The position numbers and the translations under genes are program-made. This document shows, in pieces, positions 18,863 through 29,602 of a DNA stretch of 64,000 bases. The notes under the pieces are model-generated. The model saw only the letters and a list, made by a program, of their open reading frames with translations. It did not search any database and was not told the DNA's origin. The DNA comes from Clostridia bacterium (lineage in GTDB: Bacteria; Bacillota; Clostridia; Oscillospirales; Acutalibacteraceae), in contig JAFUPX010000038.1 in the NCBI GenBank assembly GCA_017472575.1, positions 991-64,990 on the forward strand. The letters are read 5' to 3'. Numbering within the stretch: the stretch's first letter is position 1; each line of letters opens with the position of its first letter.

Positions 18863-19518
18863 TAACTTAACGCCTCTTTCAACACTTCTTCGGCAATATC
18901 CTCAATACTTCTAGGCTCACCGTTTTTAGCACAGCTTATAATCGTCCAGCCTGAGAATTTTGCTGTAAAAACAGCAGCCTTTCGGCATTTATCAAGATAT
19001 TCTACATCACTTTCGTGAATATCCTTTTTTGCTTCGTCTCCGCTGTAGCGGGAGGATAAAAGCTTTTGGGAAACCTCTACCGGCATATCAAGGAAAATAA
19101 CCTTATCCGGCTTTGGAATACCGATTTTATTATACTCAAAATCATAAAGCCAGCTTAAAAATTCTTCCCATTTGTCTTCTGTGAGCTTTGAAGCCTGATG
19201 AACCGCATTGGAGGTGGTGTATCTTCCCGAAACTATTGTTCCGCCGTTATCGTAAAATTCACCCCAGTTTGCCTTATAGGAGGCATAGCGGTCAACAGTG
19301 TAAAAAACAGACGCGGCATAAGCGTTTACATCATCGGGTCTGCTTCCGAATGCTCCGCCCAAATACATTTTTACAAGTGCGCTTGAATCGCTGTCGTAAT
19401 CGGGAAAGGATACGCTTTTGCAGCCAACTCCGCTGTTTATTAGATTTTTATATAATAGCTCAAGCTGTGTAGATTTTCCGCTGCCGTCAAGTCCCTCAAG
19501 AACAATAAGCCTACCCAT
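18862..19518 (-). CDS. tmk: Thymidylate (dTMP) kinase-like P-loop kinase
   Basis: 218 aa. It has the P-loop LEGLDGSGKSTQ and a DRY motif (YTVDRYAS). It overlaps thyX by 8 nt and the DJ-1 gene as TAATG. Confidence 0.75.
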   Translation of the reverse strand: MGRLIVLEGLDGSGKSTQLELLYKNLINSGVGCKSVSFPDYDSDSSALVKMYLGGAFGSRPDDVNAYAASVFYTVDRYASYKANWGEFYDNGGTIVSGRYTTSNAVHQASKLTEDKWEEFLSWLYDFEYNKIGIPKPDKVIFLDMPVEVSQKLLSSRYSGDEAKKDIHESDVEYLDKCRKAAVFTAKFSGWTIISCAKNGEPRSIEDIAEEVLKEALS

Positions 19519-20284
19519 TGTTTTTCAGCTCCTTGTAATACTCGCGAACCTGTGCCGCTTTTCCGCAGGTCATTTTACCCTCACTGCAACCGCCTCTTAC
19601 ACAGGCAGGACCTGCATTTTTGAAAAGATTAGGTGCAACCTGTGAAACTAAAGCTAACATCTGGTTTGCAACATCCTGAATTTCCCACTGTGCTCGGTTA
19701 CAGCAACGGTGGCGGAAGAAATTAAGCAGGGAGCGTGTATTCATTGTTAGCACCATCTGTGTAGAACAGGAATTGGGGAGAACGAAACGCGCATCCTCAA
19801 TAGCCTTTTTCTCAGCCATACGGTTGGCGGTTTTTTCGTCCTTTCCCTCAGCTAAAAAGGTTTTTATATGCTTTTCCTTTAAAATTTCAGTAAGGCGGTC
19901 ATACTTTCTCTGGTCCTCCGCCATTATTTCGTCATATATCTTCTTAGCCTCAGAATCTGCGGCAATTTCGGGAGGAGTTACATACTCAAAGCTTCCCTCT
20001 CTTACATAGCGCTGGCTCTTAACCGAGAAGGATGCCATTCTGTGTCTTGTTATCTGAGCTAAAAGGGAGCGGGATACACCCTCTATTCCAAAGGTGAAGC
20101 TTGCGTGCTCAACAGGGCTTTCGTGTCCTATTTCGGAAAGCATTTCAACAAAGCTTGCTGCTTTTTCGTCTGAAATACTGTCCATCAAGTCTGTAATATT
20201 TGAAGAACTGTAGCAAAGCCGAGCGGCAGATGCCACCGTATGCTCAGGGTTGGGAGTATGTGCAAGAAGAATAACCTTAGCCAT
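19511..20284 (-). CDS. thyX: FAD-dependent thymidylate synthase
   Basis: 257 aa with the ThyX signature RHRMASFSVKSQRY. Confidence 0.92.
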   Translation of the reverse strand: MAKVILLAHTPNPEHTVASAARLCYSSSNITDLMDSISDEKAASFVEMLSEIGHESPVEHASFTFGIEGVSRSLLAQITRHRMASFSVKSQRYVREGSFEYVTPPEIAADSEAKKIYDEIMAEDQRKYDRLTEILKEKHIKTFLAEGKDEKTANRMAEKKAIEDARFVLPNSCSTQMVLTMNTRSLLNFFRHRCCNRAQWEIQDVANQMLALVSQVAPNLFKNAGPACVRGGCSEGKMTCGKAAQVREYYKELKNNG

Positions 20285-20317
20285 TTTTATAATTCCTCCA
20301 TTTTAATATTATTTTTT

Positions 20318-20346
20318 ATTATACCAAATATCTTTATTTATATCAA
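20318..20346 (-). promoter_or_regulatory. Candidate sigma-A promoter of the thyX cluster
   Basis: Minus strand TTGATA (20346-20341), 17-nt spacer, TGg-TATAAT (20326-20318). Confidence 0.55.
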
Positions 20347-20372
20347 TCAATAATTTTGATGTGTTACGATTT

Positions 20373-21218
20373 TTACGCTTTGCTTTGCTTGCGGTATTCC
20401 CGCGGTGTCATCTTTGTTATTTGACGAAAAATTTTATTAAAGAATTTTATGCTTGAATAACCCACCTTTTCGGCAATATCGGCAATACAGAGTGTGCTTT
20501 CACAAAGTAAACGGCAGCTTTCTTCAATTCGTTTATTCTGAAGTGCGGCAGTAAAGGTTATACCGGTTTCGGCTTTGAATTTTGCGCTTATGTACGGCAG
20601 ACTGTAATGCAACTCGCGGCAGAGAGCTTCAAGATTAAGCGGCTGCATATATTTTTTTTGTATTTGTTCTAGAATATGTGCTGTAACATCACTTACAGCA
20701 TCGTCGCTTCCTATTCGGCGGATAGTGCGAATAATTATTTCCCCCAGCATACAGCGCAGCATTTCGGTATAGCCGTCATTTTTTTCGTTGTATTCTTCAA
20801 GCATTTTTTGAAACAATGTTCCAACGGCTCCGTCATCAGAAAAGACCTGATTTGAAGCAGGTCCTTTAATTTTCCGACCTGTAATACGGAAAAAATATCT
20901 CTCGGCTAAATCGTTAAAGCTCTTTACACCGGAAAAGGTTTTATCTAACAATTCAGGAATAAAAAGGCAGTTTATAACCGTTAAATCGCCTTTTTCTGAA
21001 AAGTACTCGTGTGTGGTGCTGTAATCTATAACAAAATAATCTCCTGCCTGCAGAACACCCGAAATACCGTCTATAGTGTGTGTGGCTGTACCGTTTGCAA
21101 TATATACCAGCTCTAAAAATTCGTGAGTATGAGGCTTTGCGATGCTTTCTTTATTAAGCTGCATTACCCTTATTGCGCCGTCAAAGGTTTTATGTAGTAT
21201 TCTTGTCATTAAAATCAC
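20373..21218 (-). CDS. AraC-family transcriptional regulator (cupin sensor + HTH)
   Basis: 281 aa. It has an N-terminal cupin-like domain (HTHEFLELVYI) and a C-terminal AraC double HTH (IADIAEKVGYSSIKFFNKIFRQITKMTPREYR). It is divergent from the GH78 gene. Confidence 0.88.
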   Translation of the reverse strand: MILMTRILHKTFDGAIRVMQLNKESIAKPHTHEFLELVYIANGTATHTIDGISGVLQAGDYFVIDYSTTHEYFSEKGDLTVINCLFIPELLDKTFSGVKSFNDLAERYFFRITGRKIKGPASNQVFSDDGAVGTLFQKMLEEYNEKNDGYTEMLRCMLGEIIIRTIRRIGSDDAVSDVTAHILEQIQKKYMQPLNLEALCRELHYSLPYISAKFKAETGITFTAALQNKRIEESCRLLCESTLCIADIAEKVGYSSIKFFNKIFRQITKMTPREYRKQSKA

Positions 21219-21299
21219 ACCCTAAAATATAAAAATAAGGTATAGTTTTATAGTAACATATACTGTATACTAATGTCAAGAAAGGATATGGTGATTTTT

Positions 21300-23471
21300 A
21301 TGCTAAAAGCCAACTGGATAAAGGTAAAAGAAAACTTAGGTGATGTATGCCCGATATTCGAGCGGAAATTCACCTTGCGTGGAAAGGTTAAATCGGCAAC
21401 TCTGCGTGTAACTGCGCGCGGTGTTTATATGGCTGAAATAAACGGTAAACGTGTTGGGGATTTTATTTTAGCTCCCGGATGGACAGTATACGAAAAGCGA
21501 ATACAGGTTCAGACTTACGACGTCACACACCTTTTACAAAATGAAAACAATCTGCATATACACACGGCAAAGGGTTGGTATTTAGGGCGAATTTGCGGTG
21601 CCGGAAACTGGAACCGTAATAGCCTTGCCGAAAATCGGGAGTGTGCGGTGATAGCAGAACTTAATATAAACTATACGGACGGCACCTCTGAGCTTATCGG
21701 AACAGACAGTGATTGGAGTGTAGCCGAAAGTAAGCTTCGTTTTTGCGACCTTTACGACGGCGAGATTTATGACGCCTCGTTTACACCTGAGTTTAAATAT
21801 CATACGGTTGTTGCCGATAATAACGACTTTTCTGTATTGGTGCCTCAGCAGGGCGAAAAGGTAATTGAGCAGGAGAGAATAAAGCCGGTTGCCTTGATAC
21901 ATACTCCAAAGGGAGAAACCGTTATTGATTTCGGTCAGAATTTAACAGGGTATCTTGAAATAAGTCTTAATGCACATAAGGGTGAAGCCGTAGAATTTTC
22001 CTTTGCGGAGATTCTCGATAAGGACGGAAATTTCTATAACGGTAACTATCGCTCGGCAAAAGCCCTTTACAGCTATACCTGCAAGGAGGGTGAGCAGACA
22101 CATAAGCCGACGCTGACTTTTTACGGCTTTAGATATGTGCGTATTGATAAATTTCCGCAGAGAGATTTCGCCTTGGAACAGTTTACAGCTATAGTTCTGC
22201 ACAGCGAAATGAAGCGCACCGGAAAAATTGAGACCTCAGACCCGATGCTTAATCAGCTGTTCAGTAACATTATTTGGGGACAAAAGGGTAATTTTCTTGA
22301 TGTTCCTACAGACTGCCCTCAAAGAGATGAACGCTTAGGCTGGACAGGCGATGCTCAGGTGTTTGTTAAAACGGCAAGCTATAATTTTGATGTTCAGCGC
22401 TTTTTTACAAAGTGGCTTACGGATATGTCCCTTTCTCAGGGTGAGGACGGCAGAGTACCTGCGGTTATACCGAATGTGCTGTCAGAGAATGATGCAGGAG
22501 GTGCCGCATGGAGTGATGCGGTAACTATTTGTCCGTGGCAAATGTATTTAACCTACGGTGATACCGATATTTTAAAGCAGATGTTTCCCGCTATGAAAAA
22601 ATATGTGGACTATATTACCTCGGTAACAACCACGCCCTACCTTTGGACAGGAAATTGGCAATACAGTGACTGGCTAGAGCTTGATAACAATGCAAAGCCG
22701 GGAGAGGTAATAACTAAGGGAAATACTTCGGAAGAACTTTTAGCCACAGCCTTTTATGCCTATTCGGCTTTGCTTGTATGCAAAGCAGGTGCAGTTTTAG
22801 GCGAAGACGTTGAGGAATACAAAGCCTTGTATCAAAATATTGTTTCAGCCTTTAAAAATACTTTTAAGGATGATTTCAAAACCCAGACAGAGCACGTTCT
22901 GGCATTGCATTTCGGACTTACAGATCATCCCAAAGAGGTGACTAAATCACTTGTAGAGAAAATTCATTCTGACGGAGATATGCTTAAAACCGGCTTTGTA
23001 GGTACGCCTTATCTTTTGCACGCGTTAAGTGAAAACGGTGAAAGCGAGCTTGCATATAAGATTCTACTGCGTAAGGATTATCCATCTTGGCTGTATCCGA
23101 TTACTAAGGGCGCCACAACTATGTGGGAACACTGGGACGGCTTTAAACCTAATGGGGAAATATGGTCGGATGCGATGAATTCATATAACCACTATGCGTA
23201 TGGCGCCGTGGCAGACTGGATGTACGGTGTAGCCGCCGGAATTAACACGGTTGAAAGCGCACCCGGCTTTGAGGAGATTTTATTTAAACCCACACCTACA
23301 GATGAAATCGACAGCTTTTGTGCTGAGATAGAAAGTAAGTACGGTAAAATATCTTCGCGCTGGTGGCATGAAGACGGTATTGTAAAATACGAGATAACAA
23401 CTCCTAGCCCAGCAAAAGCTATTATTAATGGCAAAAAATATAATTTAATTGCCGGTGTGTATAGGTTTTGA
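21300..23471 (+). CDS. Alpha-L-rhamnosidase (GH78)
   Basis: It has the catalytic-domain motif DVPTDCPQRDERLGWTGDAQVF. The ATG at 21300 has GGTGA 5 nt upstream and is preferred over 21273. Confidence 0.85.
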   Translation: MLKANWIKVKENLGDVCPIFERKFTLRGKVKSATLRVTARGVYMAEINGKRVGDFILAPGWTVYEKRIQVQTYDVTHLLQNENNLHIHTAKGWYLGRICGAGNWNRNSLAENRECAVIAELNINYTDGTSELIGTDSDWSVAESKLRFCDLYDGEIYDASFTPEFKYHTVVADNNDFSVLVPQQGEKVIEQERIKPVALIHTPKGETVIDFGQNLTGYLEISLNAHKGEAVEFSFAEILDKDGNFYNGNYRSAKALYSYTCKEGEQTHKPTLTFYGFRYVRIDKFPQRDFALEQFTAIVLHSEMKRTGKIETSDPMLNQLFSNIIWGQKGNFLDVPTDCPQRDERLGWTGDAQVFVKTASYNFDVQRFFTKWLTDMSLSQGEDGRVPAVIPNVLSENDAGGAAWSDAVTICPWQMYLTYGDTDILKQMFPAMKKYVDYITSVTTTPYLWTGNWQYSDWLELDNNAKPGEVITKGNTSEELLATAFYAYSALLVCKAGAVLGEDVEEYKALYQNIVSAFKNTFKDDFKTQTEHVLALHFGLTDHPKEVTKSLVEKIHSDGDMLKTGFVGTPYLLHALSENGESELAYKILLRKDYPSWLYPITKGATTMWEHWDGFKPNGEIWSDAMNSYNHYAYGAVADWMYGVAAGINTVESAPGFEEILFKPTPTDEIDSFCAEIESKYGKISSRWWHEDGIVKYEITTPSPAKAIINGKKYNLIAGVYRF

Positions 23472-23594
23472 TAAAAAAATTTAGAACAGGCTTTAAAATT
23501 TGTCCAATTTTTTTCAAAAAAAGTCTTTTTTCGTCGAGAGTTTTATGGTATTATATAGATGATAAAATAAAATATTGAAAAAGGGGCTTTATTT

Positions 23595-24722
23595 ATGGCA
23601 AGTATTGACTTTAAACACACCCCTTACGGCGACCTTGCGCTTATCAGTATGCGCGGCTGTGAGGACATTTCCGCTCAGGTAGATTATTATTTGAAGCAGT
23701 GGAGAAATATTCCGGAGGACGAGTCCTTTGTTGTATCGGCGCATTGTCCCCGTTTCGGAACCGGTGAGGCTAAAGCCGTTCTTAACCACACTGCAAGAGG
23801 TCTTGATGTATATATCATTTGTGATTGCTTTAATTACAATGTTACATACAAAATGTACGGACAAACTGTCCCGATGAGTCCTGACGACCATTTTCAGGAT
23901 TTAAAGCGTGTTATCGCGGCGCTTGGAGGCAAGGCAAGAAGAATAACCGTTATTATGCCTATGCTCTACGAGGGAAGACAGCACCGCAGAACCGCAAGAG
24001 AGTCTATGGATTGCGCAATGGCTCTTCAGGAGCTTGTTGCAATGGGTGTTAAGAATATTATCACCTTTGACGCTCACGACCCCCGCGTTAACAACGCAAT
24101 CCCGCTTGACGGCTTTGATAATGTTCAGGCGGCTTACCAGATGATTAAAGCCCTTTTAAAAACCGTTCCTGACATTAAGCTTGATAAGGACCATACAATG
24201 ATAGTTTCTCCCGATGAGGGCGGTATGGGCAGATGTATTTACTATTCCTCTGTTCTCGGTCTTGACCTCGGTATGTTCTATAAGCGCCGTAATTACTCTG
24301 TTATTGTTAACGGAAGAAACCCCATTGAGGCTCACGAATTCCTCGGCAACGATATAACCGGTAAGGACCTTATCCTTGTTGACGATATGATTTCTTCCGG
24401 AGAGTCAATGCTCGATATAGCGGCAAAGCTGAAGGAAAAGGGAGCAGGCAGAATATTCATTTTCTCTACCTTTGGTCTTTTCGTTGAGGGACTGGACAAG
24501 TTTGACGAGTATTACAAGAGCGGAAAAATTGATAAGATTTTCACCACCAATCTTATTTATCAGCCTAAGGAGCTTTTAGAGAGAGAATGGTATTGCAGTG
24601 TTAATATGTCAAAGTATATCGCAATGCTGGTTGAAACCCTTAATTACGATAATTCAATAAGCAAGCTGCTTGACCCTGTTGACCGAATTAAGAATGTTGT
24701 AGCAAAATACGATAATAAATAA
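23595..24722 (+). CDS. prs: Ribose-phosphate pyrophosphokinase family protein (long form)
   Basis: 375 aa with FDAHDPRV and the PRPP-binding loop LILVDDMISSGESM. Confidence 0.8.
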   Translation: MASIDFKHTPYGDLALISMRGCEDISAQVDYYLKQWRNIPEDESFVVSAHCPRFGTGEAKAVLNHTARGLDVYIICDCFNYNVTYKMYGQTVPMSPDDHFQDLKRVIAALGGKARRITVIMPMLYEGRQHRRTARESMDCAMALQELVAMGVKNIITFDAHDPRVNNAIPLDGFDNVQAAYQMIKALLKTVPDIKLDKDHTMIVSPDEGGMGRCIYYSSVLGLDLGMFYKRRNYSVIVNGRNPIEAHEFLGNDITGKDLILVDDMISSGESMLDIAAKLKEKGAGRIFIFSTFGLFVEGLDKFDEYYKSGKIDKIFTTNLIYQPKELLEREWYCSVNMSKYIAMLVETLNYDNSISKLLDPVDRIKNVVAKYDNK

Positions 24723-24735
24723 TTGATATTAAATT

Positions 24736-24771
24736 AAAACGCGCGAAGAAAATTTTCTTCGCGCGTTTTTT
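24736..24771 (+). terminator. Terminator of prs
   Basis: ACGCGCGAAGAA - AATT - TTCTTCGCGCGT followed by TTTTT. Confidence 0.85.
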
Positions 24772-24775
24772 ATAA

Positions 24776-24808
24776 CGAAAATAACGGAGACAGCGAACTG
24801 TCTCCGTT
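24776..24808 (-). terminator. Terminator of gdhA
   Basis: AACGGAGACAG - CGAA - CTGTCTCCGTT. On the minus strand it is followed by ATTTTCGTT. Confidence 0.7.
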
Positions 24809-24822
24809 ATTTACTGTATTAA

Positions 24823-26265
<1,443 letters not shown>

Positions 26266-26287
26266 TTAAATTTTTTTGATTTTTTTA

Positions 26288-26316
26288 TTGCAATAATGTT
26301 ATTTTGCAGTTATAAT
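26288..26316 (+). promoter_or_regulatory. Candidate sigma-A promoter driving the glycine riboswitch and agcS
   Basis: TTGCAA (26288-26293), 17-nt spacer, TATAAT (26311-26316). Confidence 0.55.
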
Positions 26317-26338
26317 ACCGTATATAATATATGGATGA

Positions 26339-26500
26339 TGTCCGCAGGAAATGTGCTTTGCACAGCCGAAGGAGTAACACTCTCAGGCGCTTTTCTTTAA
26401 AAGCAGAGACTGCGGGCGGACATAGCTTTGGAGAATCCCGTTAAATCGGGTGCCGAAGGGGCAAGGGGAAATCCCAAATCTCTCAGGCAAAAGGACAAAG
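26339..26500 (+). promoter_or_regulatory. Tandem glycine riboswitch (two aptamers)
   Basis: Aptamer 1 is GCAGGAAA..GCCGAAGGAGTAA..CTCTCAGGCG..AGAGACTGCG. Aptamer 2 is CTTTGGAGAA..TGCCGAAGGGGCAA..CTCTCAGGCAAAAGGACAAAG. Both carry the conserved glycine-aptamer cores. Confidence 0.85.
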
Positions 26501-26542
26501 TTTTATTTCGCTCTTTTTAAGGGCTGAATTTTGTTTTTTTTG

Positions 26543-26577
26543 AAAAGCTATGTCATTCGGCATAGCTTTTTTTATTT
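26543..26577 (+). terminator. Expression-platform terminator of the glycine riboswitch
   Basis: AAAAGCTATGTC - ATTC - GGCATAGCTTTT followed by a T-run. The 5' arm is also complementary to 26419-26429. Confidence 0.8.
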
Positions 26578-26593
26578 TTGAAAGGGGATTAAA

Positions 26594-28126
26594 ATGGAAA
26601 AGGTAATTGAAAAAATAACGGAGGTAAACGGTGTTATAAATGACCTTGTATGGGTTAAAATCGGTCTTATAATCCTTATAGGTACCGGAATTTTGATGAC
26701 TGTTGCAACAAAATTCTTTCAGGTGTCTCATTTAGGTCACTGGTGGAAAAAAACTATTGTAAGCGTTTTTTCCAAAAAGAGCGGAGCTACAAAGAAAACC
26801 GATAAAAAGAGTATTTCTCAGTTTCAGGCACTGTGTACCGCTCTTGCGGCTACAATAGGCACAGGTAACATAGTAGGTGTATCCTTGGCTATAGCGGTAG
26901 GCGGTCCCGGCGCTGTTTTCTGGATGTGGGTTGCGGCATTTTTCGGAATGATGACCAACTTCTCAGAAAACGTTCTCGGTATTTATTACCGCCGCCGCAA
27001 TAAAGACGGTGAATGGTCGGGCGGACCTATGTATTATTTGAAGGACGGTCTCGGAGCTAAGAAAAACTGCAAAAAGATAGGCGGATTTTTGGGTATTCTT
27101 TTCTCAATTTTTGCTATTCTGGCTTCCTTTGGAATAGGAAATATGAGCCAGATAAACACTATTGCTTCAAATATCAAAAATGCGTTCTTTAAAAGCTCAA
27201 CCGCAACTGTAGGCGGTGTGTCTGTTGTTTCTCTTGTTGTCGGTATTGTGCTTATGATAGTAGCCTGCCTTATTATAATCGGAGGTCTTCAGAGAATTGC
27301 CTCTGTTGCAGAGCGTGTTGTACCGTTTATGGCTATTATATACATTGTAGGTGCGCTTATAGTCGCTTTTGTTAATGCTGAGCGTCTCGGAGATATGTTT
27401 GTTGCTATATTCAAGTTTGCTTTCGGTGTTAAGCCGGTTGCGGGTGCGGCAACGGGAATAGTATTTAAAACGGTTGTAACTCAGGGCTTTAAGCGCGGAG
27501 TTTTCTCAAACGAAGCCGGACTCGGTTCCTCGGTTATGGTTCATTCCTCCTCTAACACAAAGGAGCCTGTTGTTCAGGGTATGTGGGGAATATTCGAGGT
27601 ATTCTTTGATACAATGGTAGTTTGTACTATGACTGCTATCGTTGTTCTTTCCTCCGGCTACATAAATCTTGATACAGGTATTGCAGCAGACCCTGATAAC
27701 GCTTCGACCCTCGTTGCTAAAGTCTTCGGTGATGTGTTCGGTAAGGGCGGAGAAATGTTTGTTGCTATAGCACTTTTACTTTTTGCTTTCACAACGGTGC
27801 TTGGTTGGTCGCAGTATGGTTCAAAGGCTGTTGAGTATCTTTTTGGAGTTAAGGGTGTTAAGGTATATAAGGTAATATTTGTTCTTATGATAGTTTCGGG
27901 AGCGGTTATGACCTCGTCCTTTGCGTGGGATATTTCAGATACCTTTAACGGACTTATGATGATACCTAACCTTATCGGTGTGGTTGTGCTTTGTCCGATA
28001 GTTATGAAGATAACCCAAAACTATGTTGACCGTAAAATAAAGGGCAAAAAGGTAAATCCCGTTCTTTCTTATGATGAAAAAATAGAAAACGAAATGGCAA
28101 TTAAGATACTTGAGGAAAACGAATAA
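26594..28126 (+). CDS. agcS: Alanine/glycine:cation symporter (AGCS family)
   Basis: 510 aa and polytopic. ISQFQALCTALAATIGTGNIVGV and GVFSNEAGLGSS are AGCS hallmarks. Confidence 0.9.
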   Translation: MEKVIEKITEVNGVINDLVWVKIGLIILIGTGILMTVATKFFQVSHLGHWWKKTIVSVFSKKSGATKKTDKKSISQFQALCTALAATIGTGNIVGVSLAIAVGGPGAVFWMWVAAFFGMMTNFSENVLGIYYRRRNKDGEWSGGPMYYLKDGLGAKKNCKKIGGFLGILFSIFAILASFGIGNMSQINTIASNIKNAFFKSSTATVGGVSVVSLVVGIVLMIVACLIIIGGLQRIASVAERVVPFMAIIYIVGALIVAFVNAERLGDMFVAIFKFAFGVKPVAGAATGIVFKTVVTQGFKRGVFSNEAGLGSSVMVHSSSNTKEPVVQGMWGIFEVFFDTMVVCTMTAIVVLSSGYINLDTGIAADPDNASTLVAKVFGDVFGKGGEMFVAIALLLFAFTTVLGWSQYGSKAVEYLFGVKGVKVYKVIFVLMIVSGAVMTSSFAWDISDTFNGLMMIPNLIGVVVLCPIVMKITQNYVDRKIKGKKVNPVLSYDEKIENEMAIKILEENE

Positions 28127-28133
28127 AAATTGC

Positions 28134-28162
28134 TTGACAAAGAATAAGACTTGTGATAAAAT
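28134..28162 (+). promoter_or_regulatory. Candidate sigma-A promoter of rplU-prp-rpmA
   Basis: TTGACA (28134-28139), 17-nt spacer, TGa-TAAAAT (28154-28162). Confidence 0.6.
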
Positions 28163-28252
28163 AGTCAAGCCGCATATTGTGGGCTTATTAAGTTGTGCCT
28201 TGTGCGCACGCCTATCTTTAGCGAGACTGTAAATATCAGGCAGGTGTAAAAA
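28163..28252 (+). promoter_or_regulatory. Structured 5' leader of rplU (possible L21-leader autoregulatory element)
   Basis: The ~90-nt leader has small hairpins (AAGCC..GGCTT, GTGCGCAC). Firmicute rplU operons are known to carry an L21 leader. I cannot confirm the motif by eye. Confidence 0.3.
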
Positions 28253-28558
28253 ATGTACGCAATTATCGAAACAGGCGGAAAGCAGTACCGTGTTCAGAAC
28301 GGTGACGTTATTTACGTTGAAAAGCTTAACGCTGAGGTTGACGAAGAGATTACCTTCGACAAGGTTGTTGCCGTTTGCAACAGAACTTTAAAGGTTGGCA
28401 AGCCCTATGTTAAGGACGCTTTCGTTAAGGGTACCGTTTTAAAGAACGGCAAGGGCAAGAAGATCACAGTCTTCACCTATAAACCCAAGAAGAGCAGTTC
28501 CCGTAAAATGGGTCACAGACAGCCCTACACAAAAGTACAGATAAACGAAATCGGTTAA
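28253..28558 (+). CDS. rplU: 50S ribosomal protein L21
   Basis: 101 aa. It begins [14 protein letters not shown]. Confidence 0.95.
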   Translation: MYAIIETGGKQYRVQNGDVIYVEKLNAEVDEEITFDKVVAVCNRTLKVGKPYVKDAFVKGTVLKNGKGKKITVFTYKPKKSSSRKMGHRQPYTKVQINEIG

Positions 28559-28563
28559 TTTGT

Positions 28564-28896
28564 ATGACAAGTGTAAAATTCTTGGCTGATGAAAACGGAA
28601 TATTCGGTTTTGAAATCAGCGGTCACTGTTCGAAAGACGGTGACGATGAAGCCGGAAAAATTGTATGCGCTGCAGTTTCCTCTGCCGCATATATGGCTGC
28701 AAACACGGTTGGAGAAATAATTGGGGACAGTATGAAGGCTGATATTTCGGATGCCTTTATGAAAATCTCGGTTGAAAATCCGTCAGGCAAAGCAAAAGCT
28801 GTGCTTGAGGGCTTTAAGCTCCACATAGAGCAGTTATCCGGTCAATATGGCAATAACATCAAAATTATCGGAGGTGCAAATCATGTTAAAGATTAA
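28564..28896 (+). CDS. prp: Ribosomal-processing cysteine protease Prp
   Basis: 110 aa between rplU and rpmA. It has GHC...[10 protein letters not shown] (His/Cys dyad context) as in YsxB/Prp. Confidence 0.85.
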   Translation: MTSVKFLADENGIFGFEISGHCSKDGDDEAGKIVCAAVSSAAYMAANTVGEIIGDSMKADISDAFMKISVENPSGKAKAVLEGFKLHIEQLSGQYGNNIKIIGGANHVKD

Positions 28897-29167
28897 CATT
28901 CAGTTATTCGCTCATAAAAAAGGTATGGGTTCAACCAAGAACGGCCGTGACAGTGAGTCTAAGCGTCTTGGCGTTAAGAGAGCTGACGGACAGTTCGTAT
29001 TAGCAGGAAACATCCTCGTTATACAAAGAGGTACTCATATCCATCCCGGCAACAATGTAGGCCGTGGCTCAGATGATACCTTATTTGCTCTTATCGACGG
29101 TAAGGTTAAGTTCGAAAGAGTAGGTAAAGACCGTAAACAGGTTAGCATCTACGCTGTTGAGCAGTAA
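28883..29167 (+). CDS. rpmA: 50S ribosomal protein L27 with cleavable N-terminal extension
   Basis: [10 protein letters not shown]|[14 protein letters not shown] is a Firmicute-type propeptide ending in FA before HKKG. GGAGGTG SD lies 6 nt upstream of the ATG at 28883. The longer ORF-track start is rejected. Confidence 0.93.
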   Translation: MLKINIQLFAHKKGMGSTKNGRDSESKRLGVKRADGQFVLAGNILVIQRGTHIHPGNNVGRGSDDTLFALIDGKVKFERVGKDRKQVSIYAVEQ

Positions 29168-29175
29168 GTAAACGA

Positions 29176-29215
29176 AAATCCGAGCGGCAAAACAGCTGCT
29201 CGGATTTATTTTTTA
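29176..29215 (+). terminator. Terminator after rpmA
   Basis: AAATCCGAGCGGC - AAAACA - GCTGCTCGGATTT (one mismatch) followed by ATTTTTT. Confidence 0.75.
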
Positions 29216-29221
29216 AATGAG

Positions 29222-29602
29222 GTGTTTCTATTGATTAAATGTCACGTTTGTTCGTTTGAATGTGAGGACGGTGCAACACTTTGCCCCGTATGCGGAGCGG
29301 AGCTTTTAATAGAGCCTGAGGAAGCAACGGAGAAGGAAGAAGAAACCATAATTGAAAATCCTGTGCTTGCGGCATCTGTTGAGGATGTTGTAACGGCTGA
29401 AATTTACAGGGATATTTTAAGTGAAAACAGCATACCCTTTACCTGTGAATCCGATGGCGGAAGTATGAAGATAGTTTTCGGCGGAGGATTTGTGGCAGAG
29501 GATATATATGTAGATGAAAGCAATCTTGAAAAAGCGCAAGAATTGTATGAAGAGGTCTTAAATTCCGAACCGGAATTTTTTGAGGAAGAAGAGGGCGAAT
29601 AA
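29222..29602 (+). CDS. Small acidic protein: N-terminal zinc ribbon plus DUF2007-like domain
   Basis: It has CHVC...CPVCG (4 Cys), then a domain resembling the putative signal-transducing DUF2007 fold, then an EEEEGE tail. The start is ambiguous (GTG 29222 or TTG 29231). Its stop overlaps the obg ATG as TAATG. Confidence 0.6.
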   Translation: MFLLIKCHVCSFECEDGATLCPVCGAELLIEPEEATEKEEETIIENPVLAASVEDVVTAEIYRDILSENSIPFTCESDGGSMKIVFGGGFVAEDIYVDESNLEKAQELYEEVLNSEPEFFEEEEGE

